Origin: a virus
Taxonomy: Duplodnaviria; Caudoviricetes
Virus record (IMG/VR): IMGVR_UViG_3300025723_000097
Coordinates: 1 to 37,014 of that record
DNA: 37,014 nt
Direction: 5' to 3' (one strand)
Below are positions 1 to 8,808 of the stretch, one piece after another (the stretch's first letter is position 1; the number at the start of each line of letters is the position of its first letter). Position numbers and translations under genes: made by a program. The notes beneath the pieces are model-generated. The model was given only the letters and a program-made list of their open reading frames with translations. It searched no databases and was not told the DNA's origin.

Positions 1-291
1 ATTTGGGAACTTGCCAAAAAGGCTGGAATAAATCTAACACCTGCTCAATTTTCAGGTGTACTAGAGGATGAAGTTGATGAATTTACGCTAGAAGATTTCG
101 CCGAGTTGATTGTTCGGGAATGTTCCAAACTGGTAAAAGCCAGACTAAATCATATTCCCGATAATCAAGATGATTGGGACGGACACAATTACGGAGAAAC
201 TGCCGCAGTATATGGAATATTGGACACATTCCAAGAACACTTTGGTGTTGATTGCGACCCCGAGAACTCTAAATTCGGAGTTGAAGAATGA
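1..291 (+). CDS. Phage hypothetical protein of the 'FAELIVREC...HFGVEE' family, 5'-partial
   Basis: Frame 1 is open from base 1 (IWELAKKAG...EDFAELIVREC...KFGVEE); shares motifs with 706..993 and 1187..1417. Confidence 0.75.
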   Translation: MWELAKKAGINLTPAQFSGVLEDEVDEFTLEDFAELIVRECSKLVKARLNHIPDNQDDWDGHNYGETAAVYGILDTFQEHFGVDCDPENSKFGVEE

Positions 292-488
292 ACAAGTTTG
301 CTGTTGGTGATGTACTGGATGTGAGCCAAGAGTTTGCTATCTATCGTGAAGCCATTGTTGAAGATGTATTCACTAAAAAGAATGGTAGTGTATATGTGAA
401 GGTTCGTGGAGTGTTGGCTGATGGCTCTTTGTCAAAGAAGCAACACGATGTATGGGAAGATGCCGCTGGCGTCTCAAAGATACGATAA
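288..488 (+). CDS. Hypothetical protein (66 aa)
   Basis: ATGA overlap with the upstream stop, GGAG RBS. Confidence 0.7.
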   Translation: MNKFAVGDVLDVSQEFAIYREAIVEDVFTKKNGSVYVKVRGVLADGSLSKKQHDVWEDAAGVSKIR

Positions 489-502
489 CATTTTGGAGTT
501 GA

Positions 503-709
503 ATGATGTTTCCTAATTTGAAAATTATTGGTCGTGGCACTGACCCCAATATCAACAACCACGCAACAATTGCCTTGGACAAGAGTGTGCTCGGTGGTCT
601 TGACCGCGATCGGCCAGCCGGTGGTTATCCTGCTGGCCAAGAACAAGCCATTGCTGAAATGCGTCAACGAGTGGCAGAATACGAAACCCTACACGGAGAA
701 GTAAAATGA
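503..709 (+). CDS. Hypothetical protein (68 aa)
   Basis: GGAG RBS inside the junction repeat; ATGA overlap with the next gene. Confidence 0.65.
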   Translation: MMFPNLKIIGRGTDPNINNHATIALDKSVLGGLDRDRPAGGYPAGQEQAIAEMRQRVAEYETLHGEVK

Positions 710-993
710 ACACCAAACAAATTGAAATACTCGAAGATCAAGCCAGTCTGTATGCCAGTCGGCAAACAACTGACCCAGATGAATGGGAATTTATTTTCCG
801 TAAAAAGTTCGCCGAGTTGATTGTCAAGGAATGTGTTGAACAACTGGTCAAAGAAGGCGATGCTTGGGAACAATTCTCTCGCAACCCTCCCGAAGGCCAA
901 GAGACTAACGCCGGACACGCATTGTTTGCCGCATACAGGTTGAAGGAAGATGCTGTATCTAGATTAGAAGAACATTTTGGAGTTGAAGAATGA
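706..993 (+). CDS. Hypothetical protein, HFGVEE family
   Basis: KFAELIVKEC and C-terminal HFGVEE. Confidence 0.8.
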   Translation: MNTKQIEILEDQASLYASRQTTDPDEWEFIFRKKFAELIVKECVEQLVKEGDAWEQFSRNPPEGQETNAGHALFAAYRLKEDAVSRLEEHFGVEE

Positions 994-1190
994 TATTAGA
1001 AGATTTGGAATATATTTTTAAACCGCAGATTGAAGAAGGTACAACCAAGTTGTATTTTATGTTGATTGATGGTGCTGACTTAAAAGAAGTTTATCGCCAT
1101 CCTGCCAGTGACATGGCCAGTCTTGTGCCCATGTTGGATAACTTTCAATACGATGGCACCGAAGGTCGTATGCCGAGATTTGTACAATGA
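990..1190 (+). CDS. Hypothetical protein (66 aa)
   Basis: ATGA coupling at both ends. Confidence 0.7.
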   Translation: MILEDLEYIFKPQIEEGTTKLYFMLIDGADLKEVYRHPASDMASLVPMLDNFQYDGTEGRMPRFVQ

Positions 1191-1417
1191 ACGAACGAAT
1201 TCAAATACTTGCCGATGAGGCTTTTAAGGGATTGGGAACCAATCCTGTCTACGCTACTGCAATGATTTACGCAAGCAAAGAGTTAGAAAAGTTCGCCGAG
1301 TTGATGGCTCAAGAAGCGGCTGATGTTGCCTACAACACTTACTGGAACAATCCCGACAAGGTTAGAGGAGCACATCTTAAACAAGCAATCAAACAACATT
1401 TTGGAGTTGAAGAATGA
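1187..1417 (+). CDS. Hypothetical protein, HFGVEE family
   Basis: MNERIQILA...LEKFAELM...IKQHFGVEE. Confidence 0.8.
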   Translation: MNERIQILADEAFKGLGTNPVYATAMIYASKELEKFAELMAQEAADVAYNTYWNNPDKVRGAHLKQAIKQHFGVEE

Positions 1418-1761
1418 GCTTAGATGTAGATTTGATGGTCACTCAACCCACTAGTGTGTACAGTGGAAACATAACACACAATTTGGGTAAGATGGCTAGT
1501 GAGGTAAAAGTAGGTATAGGTGCTAAGATAGACCTATACACTATTTTGTGGCGTCCTGAGGAACTTAATTTTAAGTTTGCTAGGGACATCGCAGACTTGT
1601 TGGATGAGGGGTGGAACATTTTGTTAAGTGATCCAGAGAAGTTTAAGAAGTTTAATCCTGAAAATGGATGGGGTAGCTACGAAGGTCTTTGCGACTTTGT
1701 CTACAAATACCGTAACGCCTGTTGGGATAATCCTGACGCAGAATTGAGTATATCACGATGA
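1414..1761 (+). CDS. Phage hypothetical protein
   Basis: Coupled ORF with NITHNL and PENGWGSYEG motifs. Confidence 0.75.
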   Translation: MSLDVDLMVTQPTSVYSGNITHNLGKMASEVKVGIGAKIDLYTILWRPEELNFKFARDIADLLDEGWNILLSDPEKFKKFNPENGWGSYEGLCDFVYKYRNACWDNPDAELSISR

Positions 1762-2066
1762 AAATGTATATTTGTATTAAAGACAGTACTCCAGTGGGCA
1801 TGGCAATGAATGCCGCGGCCCATGCTGGGCTTATGTGCCATTTGAAGTACAGCGAAGATGCCGATTATCAAACATGGCTGGACACTAGTTTTAAGAAAGT
1901 AACTTGTATGGTAACTCCAGCAGAGTTTGCTATGCTTAAAGAACTAGATGACAATTTGATTGTGACAGAAAGCCGAATGGACAATGCTGAACTGGCAGTT
2001 GTGTTGTGCCCACGTCCAGACCATGAATGGCCTGAATTCGTTAACCTACTTAAACTTTGGAAGTAA
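1758..2066 (+). CDS. Peptidyl-tRNA hydrolase type 2 (PTH2)-like protein
   Basis: KMYICIK...G..MNAAAHA, W....FKKVTC and C-terminal LKLW follow the PTH2 pattern. Confidence 0.7.
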   Translation: MKMYICIKDSTPVGMAMNAAAHAGLMCHLKYSEDADYQTWLDTSFKKVTCMVTPAEFAMLKELDDNLIVTESRMDNAELAVVLCPRPDHEWPEFVNLLKLWK

Positions 2067-2067
2067 A

Positions 2068-2235
2068 ATGAAAATTCGTTTTGATAAAGACACCATGCCC
2101 GATGAACTGTACAATGCGCTGTTACAGCATTTTGTAAACGAAGCAGTTGGGTTAGGAGTAGAAGTTAATAAGTTTACCCAATTTAACAACTGGGTAGTAG
2201 AATGTGAAGTAGACGCAAAAGAATCGATTCATTAA
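2068..2235 (+). CDS. Hypothetical protein (55 aa)
   Basis: ATG 1 nt after the upstream stop, in frame with track ORF 1984..2235. Confidence 0.6.
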   Translation: MKIRFDKDTMPDELYNALLQHFVNEAVGLGVEVNKFTQFNNWVVECEVDAKESIH

Positions 2236-2244
2236 GGAGGCATT

Positions 2245-2712
2245 ATGCCGTGGATTCAAAATTGTGCGGCAGATGATATTCCAAAAGGTTTTCATGTCGC
2301 AGTAGGCGAGAATAGTATGCTGATCCAAATTGCGGATCCTGCTAGCTGGTTTCCTACACCAAAACATCAGTTCAAAGAAGTACATCGTTTTGAATTTTTG
2401 GACGTGGAGGAAAACGACCATGTTCTCGAAGAAGAAATGAAGTGCAGTCAAGAGCAAGCTAATCAACTTGTGGCTCTTTTACAACACGCACTCGAAGAGC
2501 GCATGGATGTAATTGTACATTGTTTCGCTGGTATTTGTCGTTCTGGAGCAGTATGCGAAGTGGGCGTTATGATGGGCTTCAGTGATACAGAGCGGTTTAG
2601 AAGCCCTAATCTGCTCGTTAAGCACCGTATGATGAAGGCCTTGGGTTGGACATACGATCCTAACGAAAGCCCGTTAAAAGACGATTGGCGCCGGTTTACA
2701 AACGACTGGTAA
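2245..2712 (+). CDS. Cys-dependent (tyrosine/dual-specificity-like) phosphatase
   Basis: CX5R motif VHCFAGICRS; AGGAGG RBS. Confidence 0.8.
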   Translation: MPWIQNCAADDIPKGFHVAVGENSMLIQIADPASWFPTPKHQFKEVHRFEFLDVEENDHVLEEEMKCSQEQANQLVALLQHALEERMDVIVHCFAGICRSGAVCEVGVMMGFSDTERFRSPNLLVKHRMMKALGWTYDPNESPLKDDWRRFTNDW

Positions 2713-2738
2713 TCGTCGTTTAAAAACAACACTTAGCA

Positions 2739-2767
2739 TTGACGTTCTAGCAATCTGATTGTATAAT
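2739..2767 (+). promoter_or_regulatory. Sigma70-type early promoter
   Basis: TTGACG-17 nt-TATAAT in an intergenic gap. Confidence 0.8.
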
Positions 2768-2794
2768 TGATTTAATAACAGAAAGGAGCGGAGT

Positions 2795-2989
2795 ATGACT
2801 ATGGTAGTTGCCAAATTCAAAGACAGATGGGTACAAATTGCCAAGTTTGCCCGTGACGTTAAATTCAGTGACGAAAAGGATTGGTTCATGATCGTTGTAG
2901 ATTGGGAAAAGCCTTTTCGTAAGAGAGAACAGTTTAAGTGGATTCCTGCTTCAACTCGTTTTGAAGAGGTTAAGGAGTTTATAGAATGA
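2795..2989 (+). CDS. Hypothetical protein (64 aa)
   Basis: AAGGAG RBS, follows the promoter, ATGA coupling. Confidence 0.7.
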   Translation: MTMVVAKFKDRWVQIAKFARDVKFSDEKDWFMIVVDWEKPFRKREQFKWIPASTRFEEVKEFIE

Positions 2990-3543
2990 GAACATGGGTG
3001 ACAAGTGATTTGCACTTTGGGCATAAGAACATTATGAAGTTCTGCCCACAAACACGAGCCCGTTTCAATGATGATGTCAGCTATATGAACAATGCTATGG
3101 TAGAAGAATGGAATGCGAAAGTTGCTCCAGAAGATACCGTTTACATTTTGGGAGATGTAGCATTCATGTCGGGCAGTGATGCTGGACGTATGATTAATCG
3201 TTTGAACGGTACAAAGATTTTGATCGAGGGTAACCACGACAAGAAGACATTGAACGATGTAACTTTCCGTACAGCATTCAAGGAAGTACACAAGTATTTG
3301 GATGTAAACTATGATGGTCACAAGATTGTCATGTTCCATTATCCAATTAGCGAGTGGGACCAAATGCATCGCGGAGCATTACACTTTCACGGACACTTAC
3401 ACGGTGGCCCAAGCGGGTTGGAAAAGTATCGTGCGTTAGACGTAGGTATGGACTCAACTGGTGAAATTGTAATCTCAATGGAACGTGCTATCCGTTTGAT
3501 CAAAGATAATGTAATTAAAGGACATCATCAGAAAGGTGATTAA
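2986..3543 (+). CDS. Calcineurin-like metallophosphoesterase
   Basis: SDLHFGH, LGD, GNHD, HYP, HGHLH motifs. Confidence 0.9.
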   Translation: MRTWVTSDLHFGHKNIMKFCPQTRARFNDDVSYMNNAMVEEWNAKVAPEDTVYILGDVAFMSGSDAGRMINRLNGTKILIEGNHDKKTLNDVTFRTAFKEVHKYLDVNYDGHKIVMFHYPISEWDQMHRGALHFHGHLHGGPSGLEKYRALDVGMDSTGEIVISMERAIRLIKDNVIKGHHQKGD

Positions 3544-3544
3544 T

Positions 3545-3712
3545 ATGAATACACATATGGTAAAGCAGACATTTTTTCAATTGAGGCCTGGAGACTTTCT
3601 TACATTAGTAGGAGAGTCTCAAACCCAGATGTTTGGAGAGCCCGAAAAGCTCTTCAAAGATTTTAAAGGCGATTTGTGGAGTGTTCCTGTTAGTAAAGTG
3701 GAGGCATTATGA
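3545..3712 (+). CDS. Hypothetical protein (55 aa, below the track cutoff)
   Basis: Hand translation MNTHMVKQTFFQLRPGD...VSKVEAL; fills the gap, ATGA overlap with the next gene. Confidence 0.6.
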   Translation: MNTHMVKQTFFQLRPGDFLTLVGESQTQMFGEPEKLFKDFKGDLWSVPVSKVEAL

Positions 3713-3942
3713 GGTGTGAAGATGAAAGCCATTTGCCTGTAGCAGAACAAAGTCTTGTATTTCGGCTCTATAAACGGGCTGAAATACGTAGACAGATTCC
3801 TGGCAGACTAGCAGTTACAGAAGGTAAACCCGACAAGATTGCTAATTTGCTAGATGAAGCCGCAATCGAAATACAACGACTACAGGCAATTATAGCCAAT
3901 ATTAGCCAAACATCAAAAGGAAAGGATGGGTTTCAACCATGA
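3709..3942 (+). CDS. Hypothetical protein (77 aa)
   Basis: GGAGG RBS; coupled at both ends. Confidence 0.7.
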   Translation: MRCEDESHLPVAEQSLVFRLYKRAEIRRQIPGRLAVTEGKPDKIANLLDEAAIEIQRLQAIIANISQTSKGKDGFQP

Positions 3943-4409
3943 GCAAGTGTTATCAATTAGTCGGAGTGCCAGCTTCAGGTAAGAGCACTTGGATTAAAAA
4001 CCAAACTTGGGCCTTGGGTTTGACCGTAGTTTCAACAGATACCTTTGTAGAAGACTATGCTAAAAAAGTAGGTAAGACTTACTCAGAAGTGTTTAAGGAT
4101 TATATGCCTACAGCAGTTGACCTAATGGTTGAACAAGTTGTATTCGCACGTAAGCATGGGCACACTATAATTTGGGATCAAACAAGCACTTCAATTGCTA
4201 GCCGTGAGCGTAAATTCAATATGTTGCCCGATTACGAACATATTGCTGTAGTGTTTAAGACTCCTGAAAAGGCGGAACTAGAACGTAGATTAGCTAGTCG
4301 TCCAGGCAAAACTATCCCATTGGATGTTGTTGAACAAATGGCATTTGATTTAACTATGGAACCTCCAACTGAAGAAGAAGGATTTAAAGAAATCTGGTAT
4401 GCGAGCTAA
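3939..4409 (+). CDS. P-loop kinase (AAA_33 / polynucleotide-kinase-like)
   Basis: Walker A GVPASGKSTW, STD, IIWDQT, lid RR...R. Confidence 0.85.
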   Translation: MSKCYQLVGVPASGKSTWIKNQTWALGLTVVSTDTFVEDYAKKVGKTYSEVFKDYMPTAVDLMVEQVVFARKHGHTIIWDQTSTSIASRERKFNMLPDYEHIAVVFKTPEKAELERRLASRPGKTIPLDVVEQMAFDLTMEPPTEEEGFKEIWYAS

Positions 4410-4423
4410 TAACTACGCACTTT

Positions 4424-4451
4424 AATAGGGCCTTTAGGGCCCTATTTTTTT
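4424..4451 (+). terminator. Rho-independent terminator
   Basis: AATAGGGCC-loop-GGCCCTATT followed by a T run. Confidence 0.85.
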
Positions 4452-4475
4452 GGCTATAGCTTCTGATCAATCGAA

Positions 4476-4481
4476 TAAATA
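4476..4481 (+). promoter_or_regulatory. Putative T4-like late promoter box TAAATA
   Basis: Lies between the terminator and a structural gene; resembles T4 TATAAATA. Confidence 0.5.
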
Positions 4482-4527
4482 CACTATAATAATCACAAGA
4501 TTGATTACAGAATAACGGAGATAGCCC

Positions 4528-6126
4528 ATGTCGCTACGTATTAGACGCGGAACAGATGCCCAACGCACAAGCATTACATTTGATTTAGGTGAATTAGTTT
4601 GGACCACCGACTCACAAAAACTATATGTGGGAGACGGAATAACAGCTGGCGGTATCAACGCTCTAGCTACTATGGCTGGTAGTGGATTTGCTTTTAATCC
4701 AACTACACAACGTATTGATTTTAGTGTACCTAACTTAAATCTTAACACATCGGAAGTAGCAGAAAATTCTGCTAATTTATATTTTACAGATGCTAGAGCA
4801 CAAGCTGCAGCGGCTGATGCATTACTAGCTGGTAATTCTTACAATACAGGTATTGCGTTTAGTTGGGATAGCGTAGATGGCCGTATTACAGCAGTAGCAA
4901 CAGGCAATCAAGTTCCTAGTATTACCGGTAATGCTGGCAAGTATCTAACTACAGACGGTACTAATATTATTTGGCATAATCCCCCAATTCCTGGCGGCCT
5001 AAGTATTCCTAGTTTTAGCGGCAATCAGGGCAAGTATTTAACAACAGATGGTACTAACTTAGCATGGGCTAACATTGCCATTAATACATTAACTTACAAT
5101 ACGTACAATGTAATTTTAGATTCTTCAGGTAACCTAACTACTAGCGGTAGCATTAAATTACCATATGGTAAGGACATTCTTCGCGATAATGGTAGCGGAA
5201 CTTTTGTTTCAATTACAGGCGGTTTGCTTTCTGTAAGCAATGATTCAAGTCCAAGTCTAGGCGGCAATTTAGGACTAAACGGCCATAATATTACTGGAAC
5301 TGGTAACATTAACTTTACTGGAAACTTACAAGCAAGCGGAACATTACAAGCAGGTAATAGTACTCTTAACAGTTTAATAGTCAGTTCATCATTAAGTGCT
5401 GGCATAACAACAGTAACAACATTAAACGTTACTACTGGATTATCAGCTAATCTTCCATTAAATAATTTTAATATTAACGGAACTGGTAATATTAATATCA
5501 ATGGCCAAGTATCAGCTACTACTATTAATACCAATACACTAACTGGCATATCAAATGGTTCAATTACTGCTACTAGTACTAACCAAACACCTTTTCAAAT
5601 TACTTCCTACGGTGCTGGCACATTACAAAGTGGATCATTACCTTCATTCTCTTTAAACAGTTCAAAAGGTACAGTTGGTAGGCCAGTGAATACTATACCC
5701 GGTGACTATTTACATAACATTAACTTTACTGGTTACTACAATGGTTCATATATAAGTTCTGGAAGTATTGTGTCTAATTGGGATGGTACTGCAGATCTAA
5801 CTGCAAATAATCCAGCATCTACCTTAAGTTTTGCAACTGGAGCTAACAACGGCGCAGGTTTAACAGGCACTTCTAGCGGAAGAAATAATGGTTATAACTT
5901 GATGACTTTTAACTCACAAGGCATATTAACTGCTCCGGTAGTTAATACAGAAGTTTTTTCAGGAACAACATTACCAACAGTATTACCAGATCCTGCTGCA
6001 GTTGGCATGGGCGCTAGAGCATTTGTATCGGACGCAACTTCAAATACATTTGCGGCTACTTATGTAGCTGGCGGTTCATACAAAGTTCCAGTGTATTCAG
6101 ACGGAACAGCTTGGTATATTGGATAA
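4528..6126 (+). CDS. Tail fibre / virion protein with Mtd_N (major tropism determinant N-terminal)-like domain
   Basis: N-terminal IRRGT...GELVWTTD..KLYVGDG..AGG; NLYFTDARA; Gly/Asn/Thr/Ser-rich body; C-terminal VPVYSDGTAW. Confidence 0.75.
   Translation: MSLRIRRGTDAQRTSITFDLGELVWTTDSQKLYVGDGITAGGINALATMAGSGFAFNPTTQRIDFSVPNLNLNTSEVAENSANLYFTDARAQAAAADALLAGNSYNTGIAFSWDSVDGRITAVATGNQVPSITGNAGKYLTTDGTNIIWHNPPIPGGLSIPSFSGNQGKYLTTDGTNLAWANIAINTLTYNTYNVILDSSGNLTTSGSIKLPYGKDILRDNGSGTFVSITGGLLSVSNDSSPSLGGNLGLNGHNITGTGNINFTGNLQASGTLQAGNSTLNSLIVSSSLSAGITTVTTLNVTTGLSANLPLNNFNINGTGNININGQVSATTINTNTLTGISNGSITATSTNQTPFQITSYGAGTLQSGSLPSFSLNSSKGTVGRPVNTIPGDYLHNINFTGYYNGSYISSGSIVSNWDGTADLTANNPASTLSFATGANNGAGLTGTSSGRNNGYNLMTFNSQGILTAPVVNTEVFSGTTLPTVLPDPAAVGMGARAFVSDATSNTFAATYVAGGSYKVPVYSDGTAWYIG
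4915..5067 (+). repeat. Intragenic duplication, 93-nt (31 aa) period
   Basis: PSITGNAGKYLTTDGTNIIW and PSFSGNQGKYLTTDGTNLAW. Confidence 0.8.
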
Positions 6127-6138
6127 TATTCAATATAC

Positions 6139-6165
6139 AAAAAAGGACCTTCGGGTCCTTTTTTT
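6139..6165. terminator. Rho-independent terminator, potentially bidirectional
   Basis: AAAAAAGGACC-TTCG-GGTCCTTTTTTT with a C(UUCG)G tetraloop. Confidence 0.9.
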
Positions 6166-6179
6166 ATGATATATAAAAG

Positions 6180-6830
6180 ATGGATACTAAACACTATTAT
6201 TTTTCCGATGCTAAACATTTAAAGCTAGACATGCCAGTACCTTATTCAGCTATGCTTAAAGAAGCACAAGCATTAAAGCATAGGTTTACTGCCCATCGAG
6301 GCTATGATGATTTACACAAGGGTTGGAAAAGTTTATCCTTATACGGACTAGCTGAAGACAAACATGATAGTTGGCAAGACTACGGATATGCCAATGCTGT
6401 CGAAGCGGCTAAAGACTTTGTATGGACCAGAGCCGCAGAAGAGTGTCCTACTATAATGAACTTTTTGAAAACATTTCCTTGTAAACGTTTTAGCCGTGTT
6501 AGACTTATGTTAGTAGAAGCAGGCGGATGGATTGGCATGCACTCTGATACCAAACATAGGATATTAGAAAATATCAACATCAGTCTAAGCAACCCAAAAG
6601 GGTGTATGTGGAATTGGGAAGATGGTGAAAGTTTGTTTATGGAACCAGGTAACGCCTACGCTATGAATATTAGTTACGGACATAGTATTGTTAATAATAG
6701 CACAGAAGATAGATTCCATTTAATTATTTCTAGACAAGACTCATTGCCTGAATGGCAAGCACTAATTGATCAGGCCGCTAGTGCGGCCGGTATTGACGGA
6801 CATTACGAGCTACACGAAGTAGCTGTTTAA
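6180..6830 (+). CDS. Fe(II)/2OG oxygenase, aspartyl/asparaginyl beta-hydroxylase-like
   Basis: RVRLM....GGWIGMHSD...HSIVN....RFHLI (HxD...H...R). Confidence 0.8.
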   Translation: MDTKHYYFSDAKHLKLDMPVPYSAMLKEAQALKHRFTAHRGYDDLHKGWKSLSLYGLAEDKHDSWQDYGYANAVEAAKDFVWTRAAEECPTIMNFLKTFPCKRFSRVRLMLVEAGGWIGMHSDTKHRILENINISLSNPKGCMWNWEDGESLFMEPGNAYAMNISYGHSIVNNSTEDRFHLIISRQDSLPEWQALIDQAASAAGIDGHYELHEVAV

Positions 6831-8254
6831 CCTAACATACGGGGACTAGTCCAATCCTCGTTATGCCAGTCAGGCTTAGTTAGTAAGTTTATATCTGTTA
6901 ATTCAAAAGTACTCACTGGCCCATCACGTTGTTGACGCTGAGCAAAGAAGCCGTCTGATGCTCGCGAAGTCATGATAAGATAGATAGCAGGATCAACTTG
7001 TTTAATTTTATTGAACAATTTGTTTTCGCAACTTACTCTATATTTTAAACTTTGCGTAGCAATATAAGGACTGTGCGTAAACATATCGCTAAGATTCATT
7101 ACAGTATTCTTACCCGGAGTAATCCAATCTAAGTTATATGTACTCATATAGTCTATCAATATATAATCAAATGCGAGTGTTCGAATCTTTTCCCATGCTG
7201 TAGTCCAGTCGGGGAAGTCGGCGATAAATTTTTCCCATTCTTGTCTAGCATATTCGATATGTGTATCTATATTATGCTTTAGGTTGTTGGGCATGATAGG
7301 CAAGTGATTGCGATAAAACTCAGCGTAGTCTGTACCATCCCACTCTTCTACCATAGCCTTCATAAACTTCAAAGTATTATGATTGATATCAGTAAAGATT
7401 ACTTTAGCATCATCGGTAACTCCCAAACGATGTAGATTTCTAATCCAGTTAACACCGATACCTACACTTATGTATTGTTCTATAGGCCCAGTGATTCCAT
7501 GGTACTCTCTTAAATGATCACTGTTCCACGCAGGGGTAAAATTATTACAGAAGAATTGATTATAATAAATGTCGCCCATCTCACGTAGGAATACATGATC
7601 ATGTTCATAGTACAAATATTTTTTGTTGTTACGGATATCATCACCCAAGTCAATCAGCGTTTTGTCATTTGCTAGTGCTACAGATATAATATTCCAACCA
7701 TGGCATTTCATGTCATACGTTTTTTCATTAGTGCCAGACTTAATCCATTCTGCCACTTCGTGATCATTGTACTTGAATTCTATACTACGTAGTGGCTCTA
7801 TTTGTACATGGGATGTATCTTCTTGATTGCCAACTACAGGAAAACCAAGTTCAGCATAATCTGCTAGGCGAACAATATAGAACTGATGATGTAATTCGTA
7901 ATAGCCGTTGCGCCAATAAGAGTTTTCGTTGCGATCCAATATGTGTCCTGCTATAAAGAAATCTTGTTCACATAGTTTGTCTATTGCGGGAAACAATCTA
8001 TCGCTAAGTCCTAAGCTCATGCCAGTTGCTACAATCACAGCGTGAGTATAACCTTCTGCGTAGGCTGTTTTCAATAATGTGTCTTCGTCTGAATTGATTA
8101 GAATATCATAACCGTGCTTTTCAAATCTGTGTAGCATAAAGTCAGATATATTGATAGCTACTTCTTTAGCCCACCCGCTAGAGTATCGCCCGGTGTTATC
8201 TACTACACAGCATACTGTTGACTTCTTATTTTTTTGCGTAAACTTTGTTACCAT
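6827..8254 (-). CDS. Hypothetical protein (475 aa), possibly a two-domain transferase-like enzyme
   Basis: Long ORF; AGHILD...YELHHQFY in the N-half, Rossmann-like SVGIG...IFTDIN in the C-half; function unassigned. Confidence 0.6.
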   Translation of the reverse strand: MVTKFTQKNKKSTVCCVVDNTGRYSSGWAKEVAINISDFMLHRFEKHGYDILINSDEDTLLKTAYAEGYTHAVIVATGMSLGLSDRLFPAIDKLCEQDFFIAGHILDRNENSYWRNGYYELHHQFYIVRLADYAELGFPVVGNQEDTSHVQIEPLRSIEFKYNDHEVAEWIKSGTNEKTYDMKCHGWNIISVALANDKTLIDLGDDIRNNKKYLYYEHDHVFLREMGDIYYNQFFCNNFTPAWNSDHLREYHGITGPIEQYISVGIGVNWIRNLHRLGVTDDAKVIFTDINHNTLKFMKAMVEEWDGTDYAEFYRNHLPIMPNNLKHNIDTHIEYARQEWEKFIADFPDWTTAWEKIRTLAFDYILIDYMSTYNLDWITPGKNTVMNLSDMFTHSPYIATQSLKYRVSCENKLFNKIKQVDPAIYLIMTSRASDGFFAQRQQRDGPVSTFELTDINLLTKPDWHNEDWTSPRMLG

Positions 8255-8808
8255 CTAGGAAACTTCTCCAAATCTTTTAAAAACTTATCAGGGAACAACT
8301 GCCATACAGTTTGCTTAGTTCCTCTGTAGTCTATTTGTTTAACTTCTTTCATCAAGCCCAAATGTTCCATTGCTGGTCCAAATATTTTGTGCACCAGTCG
8401 CTGTGTTCCTACTGTGTTCTCGTTGCTGGTAATATATAAGTCAGCCCACGGAGGAGTCCATTCAATACAAGTAGGTATTAAGAACTGTGCTGTAGGATTT
8501 TGATGATCAGTTATAACGCTAATAGTACGCAGTCCTTGTCCGTAGGTTCCAGGTAACTTGTCTGTAAACACACAAGTACGTGCGGCAATGCGATAAGCAT
8601 CCTCACCCATCTCTGGAAAACTATGTGCGGCCACACTACCCACGGCTTGATCATTATAATACAAGATCCATACTTGTTTGTATTTCTCATTGTTAAAGCA
8701 ATCTACCAATGACTTTTGGCTAGCATTGTTTTCAAAGCCACGTTTCTTGGCTTCGGCATAAAATTCTGTTAAATCTAAGTCAGGTGTCCAAGGTATTACT
8801 TTATACAT
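8248..8808 (-). CDS. Hypothetical protein, possible GNAT-fold acyltransferase
   Basis: Strand pattern WILYYNDQAVG...YRIAARTCV resembles GNAT beta2-4; weak. Confidence 0.45.
   Translation of the reverse strand: MYKVIPWTPDLDLTEFYAEAKKRGFENNASQKSLVDCFNNEKYKQVWILYYNDQAVGSVAAHSFPEMGEDAYRIAARTCVFTDKLPGTYGQGLRTISVITDHQNPTAQFLIPTCIEWTPPWADLYITSNENTVGTQRLVHKIFGPAMEHLGLMKEVKQIDYRGTKQTVWQLFPDKFLKDLEKFPRW

Larger units (their letters stand above)
274..1417 (+). repeat. Dispersed gene-junction repeat AACATTTTGGAGTTGAAGAATGA, 4 copies (274-291, 487-506, 971-993, 1395-1417)
   Basis: 971-993 and 1395-1417 are identical 23-mers; 274-291 and 487-506 are variants; each contains GGAG and ends in ATGA giving the next gene's start. 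Confidence 0.9.

Noticed and set aside
274-1417. CRISPR array from the 23-nt repeats
   Set aside because: Spacing is irregular (about 200-480 nt), repeats sit at gene junctions, and there are no cas genes
2700-2721. Hairpin AAACGAC/GTCGTTT as a terminator
   Set aside because: Short stem overlapping the stop codon with no real U-tract; too weak to call
4528-6126. Diversity-generating retroelement suggested by the Mtd_N-like domain
   Set aside because: No reverse transcriptase and no template/variable repeat pair seen in the window; Mtd_N alone is common in fibre proteins
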